From contig CAZGMS010000072.1 in NCBI GenBank assembly GCA_964526915.1, positions 7,341 to 71,340 of the forward strand: a stretch of 64,000 nucleotides of DNA. Reading direction: 5' to 3'. The notes under the pieces are model-generated. The model made no database searches, had not been told where the DNA came from, and was given only the letters and a program-made list of their open reading frames with translations. The position numbers were made by a program, and so were the translations under genes. The stretch is from an uncultured Nitrospirales bacterium. Lineage in GTDB: Bacteria; UBA10199; JADGCS01. Below are positions 50,426 through 59,187 of this stretch, piece by piece; the first letter of the stretch is position 1, and each line of letters begins with the position of its first letter.

Positions 50426-50595
50426 TATTATTCTGAGATACCTTTATAGAATATCTTCGTGTCTTATTCCATCATAGACATATCCCTGATCGTCAATACT
50501 TAGAAATCCAAAATCCCAACATTCACTTCCTATAAATTTAAGAAATCATTTAAAAACCTTGTCTTTACCCTCTAAAATTTTTCACTAATAACTTT

Positions 50596-51675
50596 TTACT
50601 TGAAAGCCGTCGCTCGCACACCTCCAACACCCCAGGTTCTTATTGAACTAAATGCTGCTTCACTGGCCCATAATTCAATTTGTTGATGATTTGCCCCATT
50701 AACATATTGAGGCGTTATACAATCAAACGTATTGATAATGACATACTTCATCAGCAATTTCTTGTCGTGTGTACTTTCCCATAATTTACCATGGGGGTAA
50801 TCGCCAGCGTAGCCTTCCCTTGCATTAAAAAAGATATTCCTAGGATCAATTGGCTCAGTTGTTTTTCGTATTACTTTTGCCATAAAAGGCATTTTGAATT
50901 TGTAGAAAACCTTTTGTAAGCCATATTTCAAAGGAATAAAAACAGGTACAAACCAATTAATAAGTTTCCAGGATGTCTGTGGATGAATCCTTTGAATAAT
51001 CGGCAGAAACCAAGGTTTATAAACAGCAGCATAGGAGGTAAAAGCAATTTCACCATTCTTTTTGAGAAGTCGATACATTGTTTTCAAGGTATCCACGGGA
51101 CTTGGCGTGTGCTGCAACACCTGAAAAAGCCAAATCTTATCAAAAATTCCATTTTCGAAGATGGGTTTATTGATATCCCCCTGAACCACGTCAATGTTGG
51201 GCATCGTCAAAATATCTTCTGAGAAGGTATCGATTGCATTCGACATGTCTATTGATACCAAATGTGCCCCTGTCTTGATCAAATGCTCTGTACAACACCC
51301 TGTTCCTGGTCCCACTTCAAGAATCAACTGCCCTCGCAAATCTTTTGGCCATTCAAAACCAAAAGGACTATATCCATCTCTACCCTGCCCGTCTTGGCTG
51401 TACTTGCCATGTATAACATCATGGTAAAACGGAATGCCTGTATAACTGTCTAAAACAACTTGGCCTGTTTCCCGCCACAATTTTCCCCAGGAGTCAGAGT
51501 AATTGTAACCATCGATAAGCCTCGGGATATAATTGACAACGCGATACTCTGCCAAGCACAATGAGCAAAAAAGAATCGCAGAATATATTTCATCCTTTTT
51601 TTCGACACGTTCTTTGACGTTAAAATGACTGCCACACTTTGGACAGTGGATAAGATCGAGAACTCTTTCTTTCAT
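50596..51675 (-). CDS. SAM-dependent methyltransferase with N-terminal zinc-ribbon (Trm112-like) segment
   Basis: 359 aa. N-terminal CPKCGS...CSLC Cys4 and motif I ILEVGPGTGCCTEHL. Confidence 0.5.
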   Translation of the reverse strand: MKERVLDLIHCPKCGSHFNVKERVEKKDEIYSAILFCSLCLAEYRVVNYIPRLIDGYNYSDSWGKLWRETGQVVLDSYTGIPFYHDVIHGKYSQDGQGRDGYSPFGFEWPKDLRGQLILEVGPGTGCCTEHLIKTGAHLVSIDMSNAIDTFSEDILTMPNIDVVQGDINKPIFENGIFDKIWLFQVLQHTPSPVDTLKTMYRLLKKNGEIAFTSYAAVYKPWFLPIIQRIHPQTSWKLINWFVPVFIPLKYGLQKVFYKFKMPFMAKVIRKTTEPIDPRNIFFNAREGYAGDYPHGKLWESTHDKKLLMKYVIINTFDCITPQYVNGANHQQIELWASEAAFSSIRTWGVGGVRATAFK

Positions 51676-51795
51676 AAACTCTCCCTACAATATTACATAC
51701 ATTTGTTTCGGTTGACTTATTAAAAAAACACGAGCGTCGACACACAACTATGAAATCACTTCGTCATTCTAAAGAAATTTCGCAAGACCCTCGTT

Positions 51796-51810
51796 TCTCA
51801 TAATATGAGA
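51796..51810. promoter_or_regulatory. 15-bp perfect palindrome TCTCATA-A-TATGAGA in the largest intergenic gap (239 bp), with a further TATGAGA half-site at 51868-51874
   Basis: Read directly from sequence. Lies about 120 bp upstream (minus strand) of the methyltransferase gene starting at 51675. Candidate operator for an internal promoter. Confidence 0.3.
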
Positions 51811-51914
51811 ATTGTACTGGAATATTTCTGGGTGCTCCATAGAAAACATCATTTTTTGTTAATTTTTTATGAGACAACGTCACCCTGTTTAGAAGTTGTT
51901 TCTGTAACAATTAT

Positions 51915-53186
51915 TTAATGCAATTCATCTCTATAGTATTGGTCCAAAGTTTTTTGATATTCAATATACTGTCGGGTAAAAGCTTCGGGCTGATAATGGT
52001 CCCTCATTTGCGAACAACGCTTATTGTGCGAAAAAAAAGAAAAATGGTAAAAAAATCGGTTCACAAGCCCTCTGAAAAACAAATTCAGTGATACGCCGCA
52101 TTGCACAGATTTTTTTTCATCAAGATGCCGACTTATGTGTTCAGCAATAATTTTTGATGGGCTTTGATTTTGATTTCCAAAACAGGCTGTAATCAGCCTT
52201 TCTCTTTGCTCTCTCTTGGCTTCGAATTCTTTGATTGTTTTTGAAACAAACAACTCATCTAAATAATCCAGCAGTTGTTTGTTTGTTTGTGCAGAAATGG
52301 AAGACTCCCAAATTTCAACATATTCAGGATGATCCTGACATAGATGAATGGTTGTCTTGCCCTCCAACCACGCATCAACAGCCATTGTGGATTCATAAAC
52401 CAAAACAACATCTGCTAAGGCAATCAATTGATAAACGGGCATCTCATCATGAAGAATCAGCACATTATTGTATTGATCAAAATGATGAGAAATCTCCGTC
52501 TTTTCCTCATTTTCAGTAGCCGGATGGTATTTAAGAATCAAAAGTTTGTTGGGATACTGTTTTGCAACGGACTGCAAATAGTGTATGGTGGTTTCTTTTT
52601 GTTTGAGCAGGGCATCTCCCCGTACCCCTTGTTCATGTTGTCGTGCAACAATATCAAATGACCAACCTACATAAAAAATGATTCCATCGTATTGATCTCC
52701 AAGCAATTTACTACGATCAAACAAAACATTTTTAAAAATGTGGTATTTTTCGTGACCAGCACTACCCGAAACGCTCAGGATGTCCTTCAGATAAGGAAAC
52801 CGTTCCAAAGACCAGCGATACGAATCTTCATTCCATAGAAACCATTTGTCCACCGTAGGCTTTCGTTCACGATTATTACCCCAAAGATACAAGTCAGTTA
52901 ACTCTTTGCGAAATACTCCTTCTGCATGCAAGGCCACAGCATAAATACCGCGCTGTTGCGCATATTTTGTTACTTTGTAAATTGCATAGGCACCCGTACA
53001 ACAATTTGTTAGCAATACTTTCGGTTTCAACAAATCAATCGCTGTGTAATCAAAAATACTCCGCACTTCTACATGCAACTTGAATTTTTGACGTAACAAA
53101 TAGATGGTAGGAATCAGGGCTTGTACATCACGCCCGACCATCCCCCAGATCATCACCAACACATCACATTTGTTGATTTTTGCCAT
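51915..53186 (-). CDS. hypothetical protein, possibly GT-B-fold glycosyl/phosphotransferase-like (TagF / KpsC / sialyltransferase-like)
   Basis: 423 aa. C-terminal LILKYHPATE ... ADVVLVYESTMAVDAWLEGKTTI resembles the HP...E/G-rich C-domain of GT-B transferases. No confident family call. Confidence 0.25.
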   Translation of the reverse strand: MAKINKCDVLVMIWGMVGRDVQALIPTIYLLRQKFKLHVEVRSIFDYTAIDLLKPKVLLTNCCTGAYAIYKVTKYAQQRGIYAVALHAEGVFRKELTDLYLWGNNRERKPTVDKWFLWNEDSYRWSLERFPYLKDILSVSGSAGHEKYHIFKNVLFDRSKLLGDQYDGIIFYVGWSFDIVARQHEQGVRGDALLKQKETTIHYLQSVAKQYPNKLLILKYHPATENEEKTEISHHFDQYNNVLILHDEMPVYQLIALADVVLVYESTMAVDAWLEGKTTIHLCQDHPEYVEIWESSISAQTNKQLLDYLDELFVSKTIKEFEAKREQRERLITACFGNQNQSPSKIIAEHISRHLDEKKSVQCGVSLNLFFRGLVNRFFYHFSFFSHNKRCSQMRDHYQPEAFTRQYIEYQKTLDQYYRDELH

Positions 53187-53204
53187 CCGCTTTATACAAA
53201 ACGA

Positions 53205-54461
53205 TCACTTAGAATAGAAATGAGAAACCTTGAATAAGGCCTCTGCAATATCAGCAATGTCCTTTTCAGAATAGTTTTCGTGAATATTTAAATTGAAATG
53301 CGTATCAGTCACTTGTGTAATGTTATCAAATTTGAATACTGGTTGACGCTCACCATGATAATCTTTACACTGCCAAGGAAAACCACTTTTCCCAAACACA
53401 CTTTGATTTTTGAACCATGGATTTTCGCACGGAACATACCGATAAGTTTCTGTTACCGGCAACCCTTCGGCCTTGAGTGCCAAAGCAAATTCTTTTTTGG
53501 AACCATTTAGATTCTCAATGGGGACTTTCATGCGAAAAAACCAGAAGCTGGGTTCTACATCAACTTCAAATTGTCCAAAACACACAGAACCACAGCCTTG
53601 AAGTCTTTTATTAAGAGAATCTGCAAGCTGGCGTCTTTGCATGATGTGATAACTAAGTTTTTCCAGTTGAACAAACCCAATCGACGCCGGCAATTCACTT
53701 AAATTACAATTCAGACCAGCAACAGCATTGTGAACACCATCAATTTTACCTGTCTGATTAAAGGGTTTACCACGATCTGCAAATCGTTTTACTTTCCAAT
53801 ACAGTTCTTCATCTTTTGTATAGACGACCCCGCCCTGCCCCCCTGTGCAATGAAGCTTTGAAAACATTGTAGAAAATATTGCAATATCACCAAACGTCCC
53901 AACCTTTTGCCCTTGATACAAAGCACCATGAGATTGTGAACAATCTTCAATAACGTATAATCCATGTTTGTTAGCCACAGCCATCACAGGCTCCATATTC
54001 ACTGGTTCACCACCAATGTGTGCAACAATAATAGCCTTTACCCGCGGTGTGATCACACGCTCAATTTCTTCTGCGCACGTATTGTACGAATAAGTTGTGC
54101 TGTCTGCCATGATGGGGACACATCCTGCAAATAACACTGGCATCACTCCACCAGCATCAGTGATGGGTGGAACAATCACTTCGGATAACGCATCAAGTTC
54201 CAACGCTCCCAAAGCAACAAACAACGCATTTGTCCCTGAATTTACCCCATCGGCAAAGCCTCCACCCATCCACTCTGCAAAGGCTTTCTCGTAACGTTGC
54301 TCCCATTTCCCATTATAGCCAAATGCATCGCCCGATGTGATGGCTTCATCCAACACCTTAAGAACGACTTGTTTTTCCTTTTCAGTCATCAGATTCCTTT
54401 TGGGGAACGGCATTTTGCGGACAGGCTCACCACCATGAACAGCTAGTTTCATAATACTCAT
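53205..54461 (-). CDS. DegT/DnrJ/EryC1/StrS-family aminotransferase (fourth copy)
   Basis: 418 aa. GVNSGTNALFVAL, EDCSQSHG and the lysine in FSTMFSKLHCTGGQGG. Confidence 0.75.
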   Translation of the reverse strand: MSIMKLAVHGGEPVRKMPFPKRNLMTEKEKQVVLKVLDEAITSGDAFGYNGKWEQRYEKAFAEWMGGGFADGVNSGTNALFVALGALELDALSEVIVPPITDAGGVMPVLFAGCVPIMADSTTYSYNTCAEEIERVITPRVKAIIVAHIGGEPVNMEPVMAVANKHGLYVIEDCSQSHGALYQGQKVGTFGDIAIFSTMFSKLHCTGGQGGVVYTKDEELYWKVKRFADRGKPFNQTGKIDGVHNAVAGLNCNLSELPASIGFVQLEKLSYHIMQRRQLADSLNKRLQGCGSVCFGQFEVDVEPSFWFFRMKVPIENLNGSKKEFALALKAEGLPVTETYRYVPCENPWFKNQSVFGKSGFPWQCKDYHGERQPVFKFDNITQVTDTHFNLNIHENYSEKDIADIAEALFKVSHFYSK

Positions 54462-55393
54462 ATTGATTTCTTTGAGTTGAAGTTATGTAGAACACTTTTT
54501 ATTTTCCAAAAAAATGGTACTTTTGGAAGGTTGCCATACCCAACATAATCACATACCCGACATAAATCGCTACAATTTCGATTTTGTCGAGACAGTTCTC
54601 TTCTCATTTTTTGAAACTTTGTCCCAAACCAGACTTCAAACAATGAAGCCTTGTTAAGATCTCCCATTTCATTCATATTATAAAAGTCATTGATACAAGA
54701 ACAAACCATTCCGCTAGGTTTAATATACATTATCTCATACACTTGATCACAGGGTGCTTGGCAGACCTCTTTATAAAATTGCTTTACATTCCCAGCGCGA
54801 CTCGTCCACGTTTCCTGATAGGTTCTATTGATATGTGTAATTTTCTTTACCAAACTATCATCCAATTGGGATAACATATTCAAGTTTCGCTCACAGGCCT
54901 TGTCATCATATGAATTTAAATATATATGATTCAAACCATCATGAAACAACTGAGAAACTCTGTGTGTTGTTAATAAATCACCATTTGTTGTAATAAATAT
55001 CCAAGCCCTGGGAAGTTTTTTTCGGGCATATTTTAAAAATTCATTAAATCGTTTATCGGTTAATGGCTCATTAATCTCATATAAGCTCAAAATCCCCGAA
55101 TATGAAATTGAAGCCAATTCATTAATAATACGTTTAAATAACTTCTCATTGATATTCTGCTTGACTGGCGACCTTTCCAGCCCATAATGACAAAAAGAAC
55201 ACTTTCGTGTGCACATATAATTGGTCTGAATTTTAATGTGCTTAAAAAGATCTTTGTCGGCTAATCCTTGTTTGCGCCTAAAAGACTGATAGGGATTCCG
55301 AATATTCCTAATATACCAATCTCTCAAAAAGACTTTCGTCCTGATACGTAAAGGAATATTATTTTTCCAATCATCACTCATAATAAGAAACAT
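54458..55393 (-). CDS. radical SAM protein with C-terminal SPASM/twitch-like Cys cluster
   Basis: 311 aa. CTRKCSFC (CX3CX2C) radical-SAM cluster motif, then C-terminal CSCINDF and CSDLCRVCD cysteine clusters. Confidence 0.65.
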   Translation of the reverse strand: MFLIMSDDWKNNIPLRIRTKVFLRDWYIRNIRNPYQSFRRKQGLADKDLFKHIKIQTNYMCTRKCSFCHYGLERSPVKQNINEKLFKRIINELASISYSGILSLYEINEPLTDKRFNEFLKYARKKLPRAWIFITTNGDLLTTHRVSQLFHDGLNHIYLNSYDDKACERNLNMLSQLDDSLVKKITHINRTYQETWTSRAGNVKQFYKEVCQAPCDQVYEIMYIKPSGMVCSCINDFYNMNEMGDLNKASLFEVWFGTKFQKMRRELSRQNRNCSDLCRVCDYVGYGNLPKVPFFWKIKSVLHNFNSKKSI

Positions 55394-55394
55394 T

Positions 55395-56645
55395 CTATCT
55401 CTTGATTACACTCGAAACCCAAAAATCATTGCCAAAATGATAATTATTGTTTTGTAAAAAAGAAACTTTTTGTGGAATATATTCGCTGGCTATCATAATA
55501 TACGGTTTAGAAGGAAACTCACTTCTATCCCGCAGTTGTTCTTGCAAATAACAACTTTTATTTAACAGTGTACATTTTTTTTCGGTCCGCTCACACTCTA
55601 TAAATCCAGAAACCTGAATACCACTTTTAACTAAGCGATCATAGAGAACAGTTGCCATTTTTTCTGTGCCCCATATCAACAAAGGTCTATCGGGATCATA
55701 AAAATCCATTTTAACATCCAAAATATCCATAATTTTCGGATAGGGTCGGTTGTTTATGAGATAGGGAATAGCCTGTTGCATACATTCTTTACAAAACGAC
55801 TGACATTTTTTTGCCTTCTTCATTTCCTCATAAGAGTAATCATAAAGATCACCAAAGGCATAACCCGACATCTCCTTTGTCATCATGCAACAGGTGAGCA
55901 GTCTGCTTTTCTCATCGATAAACAAAACCTCATGATAAGGACATGTGTATGATGGTGGCACTTGTTTTTTGACTTGCTCGGGATAATAGAATATCAGGTC
56001 CTGTGACAACTTTTTCAATTCATCATAGGGCATTTCATTTGCCAGATATGCCTTCAACCTCCTCAAATCGGCTATACCAGCGTATGTAGGAGAAACACAC
56101 AAATTCTGTTCCTTGGCAAAGGCCAGCATATCTGGTATCTCATCAATATTAAATTGATAGACATGATATCTGATTTCTGCTTTTCCACGAAAACCACAAC
56201 GCCGATAATTATCCAGCATCTGAACAATATTATCTTTTATTTTATGAAAACTGAATCCATGTATTCTGTCATAGGAGTTTTGAGAAAAACCTGACATGGA
56301 AAAAACCAAAGCCCTTAAATTTCTTAAAGCCTGTTCATTTTCAAAATACAGTGGGCGTGAGGCATTAGTGCTCACAATGTATTCGTGACCTTCATCATTT
56401 AAAAATGCTGCTATCTCTCCAAATTGTGGATTCAACATTGGTTCACCCCAATTGTACAAGAAAAAGTAGGCATCAGCAGTGATGACATTATTTTTTTTTA
56501 GATAAAAAACAGCTTTTTTAAATTCATCACAAGTAATATACTGCTTTGATGTATTGCTATTATCATGAGATTCAATCCCTGTCGCACACCAGGGGCAGAG
56601 GGCATTACATTTACCTGATATTTCAAAAACAACATGATTATACAT
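55395..56645 (-). CDS. radical SAM protein with SPASM-like auxiliary cluster domain and extra C-terminal domain
   Basis: 416 aa. CNALCPWC (CX3CX2C), later TCCMM and CQSFCKEC Cys clusters, then a roughly 110-aa C-terminal extension. Confidence 0.65.
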   Translation of the reverse strand: MYNHVVFEISGKCNALCPWCATGIESHDNSNTSKQYITCDEFKKAVFYLKKNNVITADAYFFLYNWGEPMLNPQFGEIAAFLNDEGHEYIVSTNASRPLYFENEQALRNLRALVFSMSGFSQNSYDRIHGFSFHKIKDNIVQMLDNYRRCGFRGKAEIRYHVYQFNIDEIPDMLAFAKEQNLCVSPTYAGIADLRRLKAYLANEMPYDELKKLSQDLIFYYPEQVKKQVPPSYTCPYHEVLFIDEKSRLLTCCMMTKEMSGYAFGDLYDYSYEEMKKAKKCQSFCKECMQQAIPYLINNRPYPKIMDILDVKMDFYDPDRPLLIWGTEKMATVLYDRLVKSGIQVSGFIECERTEKKCTLLNKSCYLQEQLRDRSEFPSKPYIMIASEYIPQKVSFLQNNNYHFGNDFWVSSVIKR

Positions 56646-56667
56646 GGTAGCTTCCTCCTATGATGAT

Positions 56668-57489
56668 TTATCTCACCTTTCTCATCCGGGCCATGGCACA
56701 TCCATTTGACTGAGACAAGTTACTGGCAGATACATTTGATAATTTTTCAAATCCCGAAACTTCTTCCCAAAATTCGTGCTCGGTAAATTGGAAATATCTT
56801 TCTTCAACCAATTCAAAATCCTTATGCCTGATGATGTTCATCCAACTCTCTTGCTCATACTCCCACTGGACACAATAGTAGCCAAGACTATCCTGTATGA
56901 CAACAGGTCCGCCCTTACCCATAGGAACCGTGATAAATAATTCTCCCTGCTTTTTAAGGATTTGACTGGTCTTATCCATAACAAGTCTATCTGTATGGGG
57001 CGCGCGATCTGTACACACGTCTTGAATATTTTTCTTTCTGACAAATACGCTTTTGTCATCACCCTGGGACGAGACATCATAACCAATGTGTTCTATCACA
57101 GATATACAGGTAACCACGTCAAAATTATTTTTTGGCAATTGATAATATCGATAATCACCACAATATTGATTCAGAGCCATCACTGAGGGCCACCACTCTT
57201 GCGGATATCTGGATTTAACGGCATCAAGTTTCACAATATCTATGAAGTGCAAATCAAGCCCCAATATTTCTTTTGTAGCCAACAAAGTCCCCATATAGTC
57301 CAAACTGGATAACGCTGTGCCAATATCCAGCAACCGACAGCCCTGAAAATCTACCAGATGTGAGGTTAACCAAGGGACTTCTATGCATCTGGCTGAATGT
57401 GACTGTCTGATGTCTGTTTTCCCCCAGCACTGCTCTCGTCGTATGATGGCCACGCAATAATCTAATATTCGCTTTGTCGTTGTGTCCAC
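56668..57489 (-). CDS. methyltransferase-like protein (class I SAM-MTase fold, divergent)
   Basis: 273 aa. Motif I-like LLDIGTALSS and motif II-like FDVVTCISVIEHIG. Confidence 0.45.
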   Translation of the reverse strand: MDTTTKRILDYCVAIIRREQCWGKTDIRQSHSARCIEVPWLTSHLVDFQGCRLLDIGTALSSLDYMGTLLATKEILGLDLHFIDIVKLDAVKSRYPQEWWPSVMALNQYCGDYRYYQLPKNNFDVVTCISVIEHIGYDVSSQGDDKSVFVRKKNIQDVCTDRAPHTDRLVMDKTSQILKKQGELFITVPMGKGGPVVIQDSLGYYCVQWEYEQESWMNIIRHKDFELVEERYFQFTEHEFWEEVSGFEKLSNVSASNLSQSNGCAMARMRKVR

Positions 57490-57518
57490 AGTTTACCTCT
57501 CCACTCTGATAGGGTTAA

Positions 57519-59147
57519 TCATTGAGAATAGCTTTCCATATCCACATGAAGTGTTTCCAAATAATAACGCCATTGAAACGAACCCTTTTCCAAGACCTTC
57601 TTCGCCCTTTGTACCAATTGTTGACAATCTTCTGTCAGGTTTCGAGTTTTCATGATTTGAGCAAGAGCCAATAGAGCAAATACATGGTCTGGCACCATAT
57701 CCAATACATATCGAAAATCGCGCTCTGCCTGTGCCAAAGATTCTTTTGTGTTCTGTTTCAGATTTCGATTGTTGATAAAATTATTTTTGAGGTTGGCCAT
57801 GTAACTTAAGTCACCAAGTTGCTTACTCGAATAATCAATGTGATCAAACTCCTGGGCAAAATAAAACTCTCCCGCCCCCTCGCTAAAACCATCTATCAGC
57901 CGCTGTTCAATACAGTCATCAAAGAGAGCTGCCCCGGGAAGAGGCTTAAAACAATAAAATCCCTTCCAGTCCGTATCGAGTGTTTCCGCAAAAGCCAGGG
58001 TGTTCTTAACACTCTTGAGATCCTCGAAGGGAAAACCGGTAATGAAAAAGGCATTTATAAATGCTGACCCGTTTTTCCTGATCAGTTTGACCACATTTAG
58101 TGTTTCTTCAACCGTGAGAGGCTTACGAATCTTCTTCAGTATTTCATTGGATCCAGACTCCGCCGCCAAATTAAAAAACGCAATCTTGCTGGCATACATT
58201 TTTTTTATTATCCGCTCATCATTGAGTGTGCGAATGGACAAGCCACCACTGGACAGCCAACTGACATCCAGTGTAGCAAGGGCATCCAGCAACTGTTCAA
58301 ACCATTTTTTGTCGACACTGATATTCTCATCATTAAAGATGATAATATTTACGTCGTAATTGTCTTTGAGGTATTGAATTTCATATACGATATTTTCTAC
58401 GTGACGTTTGCGCCATCTTCTACTCCAGAAACTGGGAGATGTACAAAAGGTGCATGCATTGGGACAGCCACGAGAAGCTGTAATCGATGCAGGTCTCCAC
58501 TCATGCTTATCCTTCAAACGGTACAACAAATTGCGACCTTCCCGAAAATAATATTTGAAATGAGTGTCTTCCCAGGGCAGTCGTTTGACATCACAATATC
58601 CGTCCCAGAATTTCTTACGTGGATTACGAATCACCTGATTCCCTTCGCGATGAACAATGCCTTCTATGTCACTCATCTGCCCGTTTGAATTCATAGCATC
58701 AATGAGATCAGACAAACCCAATTCACCTTCCGACAAGATGATATAGTCAACCAACTCATCTTCCATACATTTGGCTGTGAGATGATGAGGATAATGCCCG
58801 CCAAAAACTAGGACGATTTTCGGGTTAATCTTTTTTATCAACGAGGCCATTTTGTGAAAAACAGGTATGCCCTGATAATACAATGTGGCCATGGCTATCA
58901 TATCGGGCTGATATTCTAAAATGTACCTCTTCAGGATATCCTCAAGGGAGTCTCCTGTTAAGAATTTCATTTCAATATTGAGATCGACAAACAGGACACC
59001 AACATCCTGACGTTTCTTGATATAATCATACACGTACAGCAAGCCCAGTGGAGGCTCAAAATAGGCATATCCTGATTGTCTTCCCAATTTTAATACGGAA
59101 GGATCCGGCGGATTCAGAAACAAGATTTTATTGATAATTTTATTCAT
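57519..59147 (-). CDS. B12-binding domain radical SAM protein (class B radical SAM, candidate C-methyltransferase)
   Basis: 542 aa. N-terminal B12-binding Rossmann-like region (IAMATLYYQG ... VLVFGGHYPHHL), CPNACTFC radical-SAM motif, and a helical C-terminal extension. Confidence 0.75.
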   Translation of the reverse strand: MNKIINKILFLNPPDPSVLKLGRQSGYAYFEPPLGLLYVYDYIKKRQDVGVLFVDLNIEMKFLTGDSLEDILKRYILEYQPDMIAMATLYYQGIPVFHKMASLIKKINPKIVLVFGGHYPHHLTAKCMEDELVDYIILSEGELGLSDLIDAMNSNGQMSDIEGIVHREGNQVIRNPRKKFWDGYCDVKRLPWEDTHFKYYFREGRNLLYRLKDKHEWRPASITASRGCPNACTFCTSPSFWSRRWRKRHVENIVYEIQYLKDNYDVNIIIFNDENISVDKKWFEQLLDALATLDVSWLSSGGLSIRTLNDERIIKKMYASKIAFFNLAAESGSNEILKKIRKPLTVEETLNVVKLIRKNGSAFINAFFITGFPFEDLKSVKNTLAFAETLDTDWKGFYCFKPLPGAALFDDCIEQRLIDGFSEGAGEFYFAQEFDHIDYSSKQLGDLSYMANLKNNFINNRNLKQNTKESLAQAERDFRYVLDMVPDHVFALLALAQIMKTRNLTEDCQQLVQRAKKVLEKGSFQWRYYLETLHVDMESYSQ

Positions 59148-59187
59148 CTTTTAACCACAATATTTATCAGTTATCCTGACAAGGAAA

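Noticed and set aside
54458-56645. The two SPASM-type radical-SAM proteins as RiPP (peptide) maturases
   Set aside because: No intergenic space for a precursor peptide gene (flanking gaps are 1-40 bp), and the small minus-strand ORF at 56498-56701 lies within the coding region. A sugar or small-molecule substrate in the glycan pathway is more consistent with the context. It is not excluded that a precursor is encoded elsewhere.
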